From Octopus bimaculoides (taxonomy: Eukaryota): a DNA stretch of 40,303 nucleotides. Below the pieces are notes generated by a model. That model was not told the origin of the DNA. It did not search any database and saw nothing but the letters and a program-made list of their open reading frames with translations. Below are positions 21,700-34,110 of the stretch, one piece after another. The translations under genes were made by a program, and so were the position numbers. Positions within the stretch are counted from its first letter, which is position 1; each line of letters begins with the position of its first letter. The DNA lies in contig NC_069002.1 of NCBI RefSeq assembly GCF_001194135.2, positions 10,965,781-11,006,083 of the forward strand. The letters run 5' to 3'.

Positions 21700-22015
21700 T
21701 CTATCTCATCTGGTGCAAAGCTTCCTCTCAACATTTGATGCAAAGCTACCTCCTTCAGCACTAGACTCTCTCTCAGTCGTGGAGTCTTACCTTGTGAGTT
21801 ACTTGGTGAACTCTTAGGGATGATGTCCAGAAAAATGCATCCAATACATTCTGCAAAGTGGTTAGCTTTAGGAAGAGCATCCAGCTACAGAAACCATATC
21901 AAATTAGATATTCGAGCTTAACCTAGTGCTCTGGCTTGTCAGATCCCATGGGGCTGTCCAACCCACGCCTGCATGAACGACAGATATTAACCAATTAAAC
22001 ATGATGATTATGATG
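21700..22015 (+). mobile_element. RTE-type 3' UTR fragment ending in (GAT)n
   Basis: TTAGGAAGAGCATCCAGCTACAGAAACC...GTCCAACCCACGCCTGCATG...ATGATG. Confidence 0.65.
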
Positions 22016-22084
22016 ATATGTGTGTTGGTGGGTGTGCTTGCATGCATGTGTGTGTGTGTACATAAATACATAAATACATGTAGG

Positions 22085-22160
22085 GTAAAAACAGGGTAAA
22101 GACCCTCCTCAGTGGTGAATGACCATGGGATTGCACCTAGAAAGTTCTCCACTAAGGTTA
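22085..22160 (-). mobile_element. SINE C 3' tip
   Basis: GTAAAGACCCTCC...GACCATGGGATTGCACCTAGAAAGTT is the reverse complement of the family C 3' end. Confidence 0.75.
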
Positions 22161-22296
22161 TATATATATATATATATATATATATANNNNNNNNNNNNNN
22201 NNNNNNNNNNNNNNNNNNNNNNNNNNNNNNNNNNNNNNNNNNNNNNNNNNNNNNNNNNNNNNNNNNNNNNNNNNNNNNNNNNNNNNTATATATATG

Positions 22297-22332
<36 letters not shown>

Positions 22333-22354
22333 AAAACGATGATGATGATATATG

Positions 22355-22388
<34 letters not shown>

Positions 22389-22426
22389 CATTTATATACA
22401 TACATATATATGTACAGACGTATATA

Positions 22427-22466
<40 letters not shown>

Positions 22467-22467
22467 G

Positions 22468-22630
22468 AAGGTGGGCTTCTTTCAGTTTCTGTCTGCCCTA
22501 CTAAATTCTCTCGCAAACCTTTGGTTGATACATAGTAGAAAGGTACTTATCTCTGGTGCCCTACTTTAGAACTGAACCCGAATCTCCATAATTAGAGAGC
22601 AGGCATCATAGCCACAGAGCCGTGCTTGCA
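22468..22630 (-). mobile_element. SINE B 5' half, degenerate
   Basis: GGGCTTCTTTCAGTTTCTGTCTGCC...CCACAGAGCC. Confidence 0.75.
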
Positions 22631-22654
22631 TGTCGCTAATATAAATCTGCAGCA

Positions 22655-23089
22655 ATGCAAGAGATGCTGAGGGATTACAGGCAAGGCTGACAAAGCAAAA
22701 GAACCTCATATGCTGCTTATGCAACAGGAGTAAATATCAGGAAAAGCAACCATGAAATGAATCGCTTTATTTGCTTCAAAAGCTCCCTAAGAGTAGCTGA
22801 TAGCCGCTCTTATTTAGTTGAACAAATCCGTAGCAGAAGTTGGCGTTCTGGAAGCATTGCCAGCAGAATAGAAACAGGGTGGAAAAAGTTCAAAGAATTA
22901 TAACTATGCTGGCAACAAAGGGATTATTTCTCCAGATGAAAGATAGGTTGTATGAGGGTTTTGTACAGAATGCAATGACGATATTGAAATGTGGTTAGGT
23001 TGTACGAAAGGTTTGACAGGAAATAAAATGAGCATGCTCTGTCGGATGTAAAATGCTAATGTGCTTGAATTACAGAGAATAAATGAATT

Positions 23090-23129
<40 letters not shown>

Positions 23130-23300
23130 TGTGGAACAAGTAAGATGTTATGGTGTGCAGGAGAGGAGACTGCATTGGTTCAAACATGGAGGAAAACAGG
23201 GGAAGGACAAAGGCAAAAGGGGGGGGGCATAGAAAATCTGGTGCTGAAAGCCAGTAAAACAAAATGGGCATAAAATGATGTTTGATAATGATGACGATGA
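22655..23300 (+). mobile_element. Second RTE RT/post-RT relic
   Basis: CKRC*GITG / RLTKQKNLICCLC (second half of the PHD), SLRVADSRSYLVEQI, IASRIETGWKKFKEL; heavily decayed. Confidence 0.75.
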
Positions 23301-23811
23301 TGACGGCAGTTTTGGCACCTCTAACATGTAATGTATTGCTTTATATCTTCATAGAAGAACCAGCAGCTTTCTTTTTAATTTTATTGGTGCCAAACTGACA
23401 GAAACTGTCCCTGGCAGTGTGTTACAGACTTCCTAATTTAAAGTGGTCTGAATTAAAATCTTCCATCAAAATTTAATGTTAATTTATGTTGCAAACACCA
23501 GTTTACTAATGACAGGCTTATGTTACAAAATTTGTCATGATTTTCCAAATTAATCCAAACAAAGGCAGTGTTTTTCAAAAAAAAAAAAAAAAAAAAAAAC
23601 AGGCCAAGAAAAGTGTTATGGTGATCTAAATCAAAATTCTATCTTAATTTATGTTCCAAACAGCAGTGTGATAATAAAATTATTTTTTCTAAATTCTTAA
23701 TGATTTTCAAGATTAACTGAAAAAAATGCAGTGAATTTCAGCAGAGAAATGGTAGCAAAATTCTTAAATTAAAGACTTCTATCAAAATTCTATGTAAATT
23801 GGTGCAGGAGT

Positions 23812-23970
23812 GGCTGTGTGGTAAATAGCTTGCTAACCAACCAAATGGTTCTGGGTTCAGTTCCACTCATGGCTCATTGAGCAAGTGCATTCTATTATAG
23901 CCTCAGGCTGGCCAAAGCCTTGTGAGTGGATTTGGTAGGTGGAAACTGAAAGAAGCCCATTGTATCTGTG

Positions 23971-24007
<37 letters not shown>

Positions 24008-24215
24008 TTATGTGTCTGTGTTTGTCCCCTCAACATCGCTTGACAACCGATGTTGGTGTGTTTACGTCCCTGTAACTTAACAGTTCAGCAAAAGAGACTG
24101 ATAGAATAAGTACTAGGCTTACAAAGAATAAGTCCTGGGGTTGATTTGCTTGACTAAAGGCGGTGCTCCAGCATGGCCACAGTCAAAAGATTGAAACAAG
24201 TGAAAGAATACAAAA
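23812..24215 (+). mobile_element. SINE family B, full length
   Basis: tRNA-like head GGAGTGGCTGTGTGGTAAATAGC...GGGTTCAGTTCC, internal (TA)(TG)n, and a 3' half. Confidence 0.9.
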
Positions 24216-24328
24216 ATAAAATCCATGTTCCAAACCACCAATTGAACAATTTCAAAGATATTTTACTAAATTCTTCAGGATTTTCAAAATTGATTGAAAC
24301 AAAAGCAACATATTTCAACAGAAATATT

Positions 24329-24541
24329 CTTTTCTAATCTAGGCACAAGGTCCGAAATTTTGGGGGAGGGGGCCAGTTGATTAGATCGACTCCAGTATGC
24401 AACTAGTACTTAATTTATCAACCCCAAAAGGATGAAAAGTAAAGTCGACCTTGTTGGAATTTGAACTCTGAATGTAAAGACAAACAAAATACTGCTAAGC
24501 ATTTCGCCCAGCATGCTAACATTTCTGCCAGCTAGCCACCT
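24329..24541 (-). mobile_element. SINE A, tail type 2
   Basis: 18-bp TSD TATTTCAACAGAAATATT / TATTTCAACAAAAATATT (24311-24328, 24542-24559). Confidence 0.9.
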
Positions 24542-24719
24542 TATTTCAACAAAAATATTGTAACAAAAGTGTAAATACAATAGATTTTGTCTGCAATTGT
24601 ATTAAGTTAAAGAGAAAATTAAGTTCTTTGACATGACATTATTGTAAATGGAAATTGCAAGTATCAGTTACACTGATATCCTATTAGTTTAGATAAAATG
24701 CATCTTGGTAATTCTTCTA

Positions 24720-25070
24720 AAATATTTATAAAGCTCTGATGAGCAATCCATTTGCAATATTTCATTAGGTGGGGACAAGATCCTCAAAGATCATATAAAG
24801 TTCTATAGTCGGAGAAACAGAGATCACAGGACCTACCCAAGTTTACATTTCATCAAGGTCAGAGAGCAAAATGCTTGTGTAGAGGAGAATGACATGTATA
24901 AAGGGTTCTCAACCAGTGAATGTAGATATCGGATATTCAGATGTACAAAAGGGTTTCAACAATGTTGATCATCAGAAAATATGTCACAAGCCGCAAGTAT
25001 ATGATCTCAGTATTGCTTGAAAACAAGATTTGTTACATGACGTTTAGCAAGACATGAGTCAAGTTTTACT
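24720..25070 (+). mobile_element. CR1-group LINE RT relic (N-terminal RT)
   Basis: VDIGYSDVQKGFNNVDHQKICHK resembles VDxIYLDFxKAFDxVDH. Confidence 0.6.
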
Positions 25071-25107
25071 TTCGTTGGGAACAGTTGAAAGGTTTATTCA
25101 TTTGTTT

Positions 25108-25335
25108 TTGAACATTTGCTATTCCAAGCCTGCATGGGTTGGACGGAATCTGTTGAGGCAGATTTTTATGGCTGGATGCCCCCTTCTTGTCTCTAACCCT
25201 CACATATTTCCAAGTAAGTTAACATTTCCCCAATACCAGACATGTTTCCATAGAAGTCTGGAAATGAATAAATGAATAACACCACTTGTATGACAGGAAC
25301 ACTCGTTTACAACAGTCACATGGTGTCAAAGCAAG
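25108..25335 (-). mobile_element. RTE-type 3' tail element
   Basis: GCATGGGTTGGACGG...GGCTGGATGCCCC...CCAGACATGTTTCC; matches 33884-34110. Confidence 0.75.
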
Positions 25336-25394
25336 GATATACACACATTTAGATACACAACACACATACACACACACACACACACACACTAACA

Positions 25395-25560
25395 TGACAG
25401 GCTTCTTTCAGTTTCTATCTACCAAATCCCCTTGCAAGGCATTGGTTTCTCAGCACTATAATATAAATACTTGCCCAAGGTGCCACACAGTGGGACTGAA
25501 CTTAAAACCATGTGGTTGGGAAGCAAACTCCTTAACCACACAACCACACCTGCACCTGTT
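25395..25560 (-). mobile_element. SINE B 5' half, with its (CA)n at 25340-25390
   Basis: GGCTTCTTTCAGTTTC...CTTGCCCAAGGTGCCACACAGTGGGACTGAAC. Confidence 0.85.
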
Positions 25561-25816
25561 ATTGTTAGTCAATCAAAAAATGCTGATCAGCAATTAAATC
25601 AGATGCCTTAAGAAACACAAACAGCTATTACCTTGGGCTTATAAAATATATTTTCCTTTTATACTGGTCATCACATATACACAATCCATTGAAACTATTT
25701 GCTGTAGCTCATCCTTTATACCAAGACAAATCTTTTAAAATTTGAATAAATCTTCATATATTCTCAGAGCATTTTTCTTCTTCATTTATTTCTTCTTCTT
25801 TAGATTAGTAGAAATG

Positions 25817-25850
<34 letters not shown>

Positions 25851-25906
25851 ATATGTGTGTATGATGAGGGTGGTGGTGCTGGTGGTGGCGACTGTTGGGC
25901 AATGGC

Positions 25907-25941
<35 letters not shown>

Positions 25942-26337
25942 CGATGAAAAACAATGGAGATGACAAAGATGATAATAATAATGTGCAAGTAGAAGCAACA
26001 GCAGCAGTAATAGTAGTAGTAGCAGTAGTAGTAATATTGCCTGTTTTAGCCAGTTTGAATATGACGGATGACCATCAAGTCATTGTTGTATAATGTCCTT
26101 ATGTACATTTACTTTCTTTCAAATCTCTCCAGTTCTTCATATATATTATCTTGCCACGTAATTCTTGGTTCTCCCCCCCCCACACACACACATCCCAACC
26201 CTCTGCCTTCGATCTTTTACCATTCCTTTTACCTTCTATTTACGATCTCTGCAAAGCATTTTCTTTCCAATTAAGTGTCCAAAATATTTTAGTTTTCCCT
26301 CATTGATGGCGTTGAATACAATTTGCTCTTGCACACG

Positions 26338-26381
<44 letters not shown>

Positions 26382-27169
26382 TATATACTCACATATACAC
26401 ACATATAAATGCACACATATATATATATGNNNNNNNNNNNNNNNNNNNNNNNNNNNNNNNNNNNNNNNNNNNNNNNNNNNNNNNNNNNNNNNNNNNNNNN
26501 NNNNNNNNNNNNNNNNNNNNNNNNNNNNNNNNNNNNNNNNNNNNNNNNNNNNNNNNNNNNNNNNNNNNNNNNNNNNNNNNNNNNNNNNNNNNNNNNNNNN
26601 NNNNNNNNNNNNNNNNNNNNNNNNNNNNNNNNNNNNNNNNNNNNNNNNNNNNNNNNNNNNNNNNNNNNNNNNNNNNNNNNNNNNNNNNNNNNNNNNNNNN
26701 NNNNNNNNNNNNNNNNNNNNNNNNNNNNNNNNNNNNNNNNNNNNNNNNNNNNNNNNNNNNNNNNNNNNNNNNNNNNNNNNNNNNNNNNNNNNNNNNNNNN
26801 NNNNNNNNNNNNNNNNNNNNNNNNNNNNNNNNNNNNNNNNNNNNNNNNNNNNNNNNNNNNNNNNNNNNNNNNNNNNNNNNNNNNNNNNNNNNNNNNNNNN
26901 NNNNNNNNNNNNNNNNNNNNNNNNNNNNNNTATACATACATACATCATCATCATCTTCATCGTCATCATCACTGTTGTTATCCTTTAACACCCTTGCTCC
27001 ATGCTGGCCATGTACATAGCTGCTAACCCACTAGAAATAGCAGGTTAAGGACCCCCCCCCACTGCTCAAATCTTATTCAAATCTCACCCTACTTACTAGA
27101 CCATGTAGTTCTGGATATGTACAAGAGAAACCGAAAAAAAAACAACAAAAAAACACTTCAAAGCTGGTA

Positions 27170-27450
27170 GAACTCTGACCAAAAGACTGCCAGAGCAGCA
27201 CTGACCTCAGGATAAACTATCACCATGACAATAGCATCAACAACTAAAATGAGAACACTATGAAAGTGATTGGCAAGATTGTTCCGGAACAGATTCGGAA
27301 CAAGAATACAAGATGTCCTGCTACTTCTTCTGTAAGACACTTCTCAATCATCTGGGATTATTGCTTCCAGCTATGGCCACCTCTTAGCGCTAAAATTACT
27401 GTTGCATTGGAAGCAGTCCAACAGCATCGCTTTATGAGTCTTTGTTCATC
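27170..27450 (+). mobile_element. CR1-group LINE relic (post-RT region)
   Basis: DLRI..., then WDYCFQLWPPLSAKITVALEAVQQ resembling LDYCxQLWSP...LExVQR. Confidence 0.6.
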
Positions 27451-27459
27451 ATGAGAGTA

Positions 27460-27975
27460 TTAGTTTGTGTGTGTGTGTGGATGTGTGTATATGGGTGTGT
27501 GTATGTGTGTGCACATATTTTTGTGTGTGTATGTGTATGTATGCGTTTGTGCATGTGTGTGTGAGTATTTTTGAGCATGTGTGCATGTGTGTGTGTATAT
27601 GTCTGTGTTTGTGTGTGTATGTATTTTTAGGCATGCGTATGTACACCTCTTTGTGCATGTGTGAATTTCTGTGCATGTGTGTGTGTGTGTGAGTATTTTT
27701 GAGCATGTGTGCATATGTCTGTGTGTATGTCTGTGTTTTGTGCCTTTGTGTGTGTGTGTATTCTTGTGCATGTGTGTATATGTCTGTGTTCGTGTGTGTA
27801 TGTATTTTTAGTCATGTGTGTGTACACCTCTTTGTGCATGTGTGTATTTCTGTGCATGTCTATGTTCATGTATATGTGTGTATACATATTTTTGTGAATG
27901 TGTGTATATGCTTCTGTTTGTGTATATGTGTTGGAACGAGTCTGTAAGTGTTTCGTTTGTGTATGAGCATGTGTG

Positions 27976-28010
<35 letters not shown>

Positions 28011-29319
28011 GTATATATGTATTTGTGTGTCTGTTTTTGTCCCCTAATCATTGCTTGACACCCATGTTGGTGTGTTTATGTCCCCATAAAACAAGTAAAA
28101 ATAAAAGAAAGAATATCTACATCTGTATGTATTACTGGTACATCTGTGTGGTAAGAAGCTTGCTTCCCAACCACAGGGTTCCGGTTTCAGTTCTACTGGG
28201 TGGCACCTTGGGGCAGTGTCTTTGGACTGGCCAAAACCTTGTGAGTGGATTTGCTAGGTGGAAACTGAAAGAAGCCTATCGTTATATATGTCTGTGTTTG
28301 AGTGAGTGTCTTTGTGTCTGTGTTTGTCCCCCCTGCCATCACTTGACAACCGATATTGATGTGTTTACGTCCCCGCAACCTAGCAGTCCAGCAAAAGAGA
28401 CCAATAGAATAAGTACTAGGCTTACAAAGAATAAGTCCTGGGAGCAAATGCTTCGACTAAAACCTTTTAAGGTAGTGCTCCAGCATGGCTACAGTCAAAA
28501 TGTCTGAAACTACTAACAGAATAAAAGAACGTGTGTGTGAGGTTTTGTCTGTGTAGATATATGTGTGGTGGTGTATGTACATAATAGTGTGTTCATACCT
28601 GTGTATATATTTGTGTGTGTGTGTGTGTGTGTGCGTGTGTATATGCATTCCAGTATACATTTATGTGCGCATGTGTATTCAATATGTATGTGTGATGATG
28701 TAATATATATGTGTATGTGTATATTTGAATGTGTATATACGTATTGATATATGTGAATATGCATACTTGAATGTGTGTGTGTGTGTGTGTGTGCATGTGT
28801 GAATGTTTGTGTGTGTGAGTGTGCATATGTGATGATGTATCCATATATGTGTGCGTGTGTGTGTGTGTNNNNNNNNNNNNNATATGTATGTATGTATATG
28901 CAAATGTGTATGCATAGCGTCTTGTATAAGCATGTATATATGTGAGTGTATGCTTGTGCTTGTGTGTGTATGTGTGTGCATGTGTGTGTGTGCGTGTGTG
29001 TGTGTGTGTGCATGCGTGTGTGTGCTCCAAGATGAGCACCCAGTGAGGAAGCCATTAAATATAAATGTTTAGATTTGCCCAAGAAATTAATGGCAAAAGC
29101 AACAGTTTTGGTATAAAATTTCACCTGCAAAGAATTCTCTTCAAAAGAATAAACAAACGCACACACACACACACAGAGGCACACGCACACACACACACAC
29201 ACACACAGAGGCACACATGCATGCACATGACTATGCGCTCATACACAGACTTAAACACACACATAATGGTGGCAATGATGATGTAGGTGATGTATATATG
29301 TGTGTGTGTGTGTGTGTGT

Positions 29320-29350
<31 letters not shown>

Positions 29351-30728
29351 CATGCTTGTATATACATATAAACATACATTCATGTAAAATATATTGTATA
29401 CATATTATATACACAAGATCATGCATATATATATATATATATGTATTTATCATTATCTTTATGTATATATATGTATATGTATACACATAAATAGACACAC
29501 ACACGCATATATATATATATATATATATATACATAAATATATACATATACATATATACACATATATGCAAACATAGATATATAAGTATATATACATATAC
29601 ATTTACATATATATATATATGTGTATATCTATATACACATATATTTCTATATAAGAATATGTATGTGTGTGTCTACATACATATACACATATATACTTAC
29701 AAAATCTACAGAACTTGCTCACCACACTGAAAGAACACATATATCCACATATACTTATAAACACGTAATGAACAAGATAGTCCACATACATGTATATACA
29801 CACTTAAATAAGTTATACACACAATATACTGAANNNNNNNNNNNNNNNNNNNNNNNNNNNNNNNNNNNNNNNNNNNNNNNNNNNNNNNNNNNNNNNNNNN
29901 NNNNNNNNNNNNNNNNNNNNNNNNNNNNNNNNNNNNNNNNNNNNNNNNNNNNNNNNNNNNNNNNNNNNNNNNNNNNNNNNNNNNNNNNNNNNNNNNNNNN
30001 NNNNNNNNNNNNNNNNNNNNNNNNNNNNNNNNNNNNNNNNNNNNNNNNNNNNNNNNNNNNNNNNNNNNNNNNNNNNNNNNNNNNNNNNNNNNNNNNNNNN
30101 NNNNNNNNNNNNNNNNNNNNNNNNNNNNNNNNNNNNNNNNNNNNNNNNNNNNNNNNNNNNNNNNNNNNNNNNNNNNNNNNNNNNNNNNNNNNNNNNNNNN
30201 NNNNNNNNNNNNNNNNNNNNNNNNNNNNNNNNNNNNNNNNNNNNNNNNNNNNNNNNNNNNNNNNNNNNNNNNNNNNNNNNNNNNNNNNNNNNAAGACACA
30301 CAAACATACACTCTTTTTCACATACATATATATATATGATTACACACACACAAACACACACGCACAGACACACACACTCGTATTCACACATGTATACATA
30401 CATATATATGATTATACACACACAGAAATTGTGTATACAAGCCATTACCAATGCCAAATAAACACATATTAAATACACATTACACAATTCTTATGGGATA
30501 GCATGATACATACAACAGACACGCACACTCATACACACATTTGATATACACATATACGCATACAGTTGTTGCTAGTAGGACAATTATAAAGAAATAATCT
30601 TGTGTGTGTGTATGTGCATATGTATATACATATATGTGTGCGTGTGTGTGTGTGTATAAACGTACCTGTGTGTATGTGTAAGTATGAGTTTGTCCATTCA
30701 TTTACACATGTACATAAAATAGTATGAG

Positions 30729-30765
<37 letters not shown>

Positions 30766-30900
30766 NNNNNNNNNNCACACACACACACATATGTATATGT
30801 ATATATATGTGTGTATATATGTATATGTATACACATATATATATACATATGTATATATATTATATGTGTATATTATCTATTTGTGTATATATATGTATCT
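27460..30900. repeat. Extended mosaic of (TG)/(CA)/(TA) degenerate microsatellites
   Basis: Directly visible; interrupted by SINE B at 28140-28520, short unique patches and gaps. Confidence 0.9.
28140..28520 (+). mobile_element. SINE family B, near full length
   Basis: TGTGTGGTAAGAAGCTTGCTTCCCAACCAC...GGCACCTTGGG...GTGCTCCAGCATGGCTACAGTC. Confidence 0.9.
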
Positions 30901-30941
30901 ATCTATACATACACACACACACATGCATATTATATAAACAT

Positions 30942-31022
<81 letters not shown>

Positions 31023-31117
31023 CATACATATACACATACATCCATACATGTTAGTATGTTACATTTATATATGTATATATATAAATATATATCTTACATA
31101 TTTATATACACAACTCA

Positions 31118-31149
<32 letters not shown>

Positions 31150-31630
31150 AATACACACATCTATACACACAACAAAGGCTGCTGTAATGATGAAGGAAAC
31201 AAACTAAACTCTCTCAGCTTCATGAAATAATGACTTCTCAAATTGTCACAAAGCTAAAAATGTACAATGGCTGGTTACAGTCCATGGTACACACCCCAGA
31301 GGTAGGACTGGTATCAGTCACATATAGCACAAAGATGCAAATTTACAAATTTGCCTCTTACCAACCTCCGACAACCTTTCTTGCCAACCTCCAACAATCT
31401 CTTCCTCCTCCAGCTGACATGACAGTTTTTTGTACTTTGTCGTGATGGAAAATACACCTCTTGTGGCAGTTATAACGAAATTGCTTTCTTATATCAGAGT
31501 AATAAGGCATTTCAGTAGAACATCTTTATCCCCGAGAATTACCGGGTACGCCAGCTAGTATATATATATGTGTATATANNNNNNNNNNNNNNNNNNNTAT
31601 ATATATATATATATATATATATTGTATACA

Positions 31631-31962
31631 AGGCACATGGCTCAGTGGTTAGTGCATTGGACTCACAATCATGAGGTAGTGAGCTCAATTCTTGGCCTGG
31701 ACTGTGTATTGTGTTCTTGAGCAAGACTCTTTATTTCATGTTGTTCCAGTTTACTCAGCTGTAGAAATGAGTTGCAACATCACAGGTGCCAAGCTGTATC
31801 ACCCTTTGCCTTTTCCTTGGATAACACTGGTGGCGTGGAGAGATGAGGTTGGTATACATGGGCAACTGCTGGTCTTCCATAAACAACCTTGCCTGGACTT
31901 GTGCCTGGGAGGGCGACTTTCTAGATGCAATCCCATGGTCAGTCATGACCTAAGGGGGTCTC
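31631..31962 (+). mobile_element. SINE family C, full length, within (TA)n
   Basis: A-box TGGCTCAGTGGT; collinear with 13970-14318. Confidence 0.9.
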
Positions 31963-32019
31963 AGTAGTATATATATATGTGTGTGTATGTGTGTGTGTGT
32001 GTATATATATATATATGAT

Positions 32020-32180
32020 ATGTTTCTTTCAGTTTTCATCTACCAGTTTCACTCACAAGGCTTTGGTTGGCCAGAGGCTATAGTAGAAGACACTTGCCCA
32101 AGGTGCCACACAGTGGAACTGAACCCACAACCATGTGGTTGGGAAGCAAGCTTCTTACAACACAGCCATGCCTGTGCTTA
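32020..32180 (-). mobile_element. SINE B 5' half
   Basis: TTCTTTCAGTTTTCATCTACC...CACTTGCCCAAGGTGCCAC...CACAGCCATGCCT. Confidence 0.9.
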
Positions 32181-32561
32181 TTAAAGAAGGGATTCATAAG
32201 ATTGGATGGAGAGTGTGTGGGTAGGTAAGTGAGTTTGTGAGTGTAGGAAGGAAGAGTGGGGGACAGAGAGGAATGCAGAGAGTGGTGAAGACGGTGGTGG
32301 TGGGGGTTTATCAGTTGGGGGGAAGGTAGAGGAAACGGGTTGGGTCTGCGAAGTAACAAGTGGCAGTAAAGATGATGTGAAGTTTGTAGGGATAGTGGAG
32401 TGTGAGAGAGATGCACAGTGCCTGAGATGAAGTTAGCGGTACATGAGGGAGGAAATGGTAGAAGACGAAGAAAGGTAATGGGAGGAGACCTGCTTTTGGC
32501 CAGATGACGGGGGTGTACAGAGAAAAGGGTGGTGAAAAGAGCATTCAGTGGAAATTACTGT

Positions 32562-32608
<47 letters not shown>

Positions 32609-33584
32609 TTATTGACATACATACATATATATATGTATAGATATATATATATATATATTTTATTTATATTATATATATNNNNNNNNNNNNNNNNNNNNNN
32701 NNNNNNNNNNNNNNNNNNNNNNNNNNNNNNNNNNNNNNNNNNNNNNNNNNNNNNNNNNNNNNNNNNNNNNNNNNNNNNNNNNNNNNNNNNNNNNNNNNNN
32801 NNNNNNNNNNNNNNNNNNNNNNNNNNNNNNNNNNNNNNNNNNNNNNNNNNNNNNNNNNNNNNNNNNNNNNNNNNNATATATATATGCATATATTTATATA
32901 TATATATATACTTGTATATATATATGTGTGTGTATATACATATATGTATAAATATGCTTGTATGTCCATGTACATATATGTAAATATATCTATATTTATC
33001 TAAATGTGTGTGTGTGTATATATATATATATGTATGTATATGCACATATATATATATGTATGTTTGCACACATACATGCATACACATATACACATACACA
33101 TACACACACACACACGCGCGCACACACTCATGTATATATACATATACGAATATGTCCCAGCACATGATTACGGTTAATGACACTCCAAAAACCTATTAAA
33201 TATACTGATATAAAAGCTAAATAATTCCTACCTTTTGGTAAAAGTCTGAGGGGTGAGTGTATATCGATGGGTGGGATATAGAAATAATCAATACAGCTGA
33301 AAATTACTTTCATTATTGGATGTTTTCAGTTTGTTTTTTTTTCTTTTTTTTGTCAATACTCCAGACATGTCCATAGTTTTATTTTTTTATGTTCACTAGT
33401 TACATAATTTTCCTCAGGTGGTTACTGAGTTAAGTTTTTTAGAGACGTATTTAATTTCATAATTTAACTATTTTCCAAAAAAAAAAAAAAATAAATAATA
33501 AATAAAATGTGAACGGTTTGAAGAATCTCTTTAGAAATTTTTTTATAAGATATCTTGTGAAGGAAAAGTTGAACGGGGTTAAGT

Positions 33585-33883
33585 CACTGTTGTTATCGTC
33601 ATCGTCATCGTCATCCTTGTCATCATCGGCACTGTCGTCATCGTTGTGCTCCTGCTCATCATCTTCATTATCTTTGTCATCATAATCAACTTTGTCATCA
33701 TCATCATATTTATCATCATCATCGTCAGTCACATCATCATCATCATCATGACCATTATCAAGATTGTCATCATCATCATCATCATCATCATCATCTTCAT
33801 CATCATGTCTGTCATCATTTTCATCACCATCATCATCTTTAACATCATTATCACCAGTGTCATCATCATCATCATCATCATTG
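33585..33883. repeat. Degenerate (CAT)n array, the expanded tail of the adjacent element
   Basis: Triplet array directly abutting the (GAT)n-tailed element at 33884. Confidence 0.85.
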
Positions 33884-34110
33884 TTTTAATGTCCGTTTTC
33901 CCATGCTCTCATGGGTTGGACAGAGAACTTATTGAGGTCGATTTTTCTATGGCTGGATGCCCTTCCTGTCACCAGCCCTTCCCTGTTTCAAAGCAAGGTG
34001 ATGTTTCCACTTGACCAGACATGTTTTCACAGAAAATTAGAAATGAAGGACACCGCTTGCATGATGGTGACACTCGTTTACAACTATCAGTTGATGTCAA
34101 GGCAAAGAGA
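33884..34110 (-). mobile_element. RTE-type 3' tail element, uninterrupted reference copy
   Basis: TTTTAATGTCCGTTTTCCCATGC..ATGGGTTGGAC...CTGGATGCCCTTCCTGTCACCA. Confidence 0.8.

Larger units (their letters stand above)
23400..24575. repeat. About three degenerate 150-180-bp direct repeat units interrupted by two SINEs
   Basis: Recurring ATCAAAATT..ATGT.AATTTATGTT(G/C)CAAAC...ATTTTC(C/A)A..TTAA..AAACAAA.GCA. Confidence 0.6.

Noticed and set aside
24736-24765. CTGATGA plus a 4-bp stem (GCAA/TTGC) resembling a third hammerhead
   Set aside because: No GAAA after stem II, and no stem III or stem I partner.
24940-24975. Minus-strand CTGATGA...GAAAC
   Set aside because: Stem II is out of register and the bases are explained by the CR1 RT motif on the plus strand.
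29701-29726. Minus-strand 26-nt micro-exon-like segment (TTCTTTCAG ... GTAAGT)
   Set aside because: Not frame-preserving, no partner exons, and such site pairs are expected by chance in 40 kb.
31218-31301. 84-nt phase-0 exon-like segment ([28 protein letters not shown])
   Set aside because: Weak acceptor and donor, and no recognisable homology.
33457-33732. Asp-rich acidic ORF on the minus strand
   Set aside because: It is the expanded (GAT)n tail of the adjacent retro-element.
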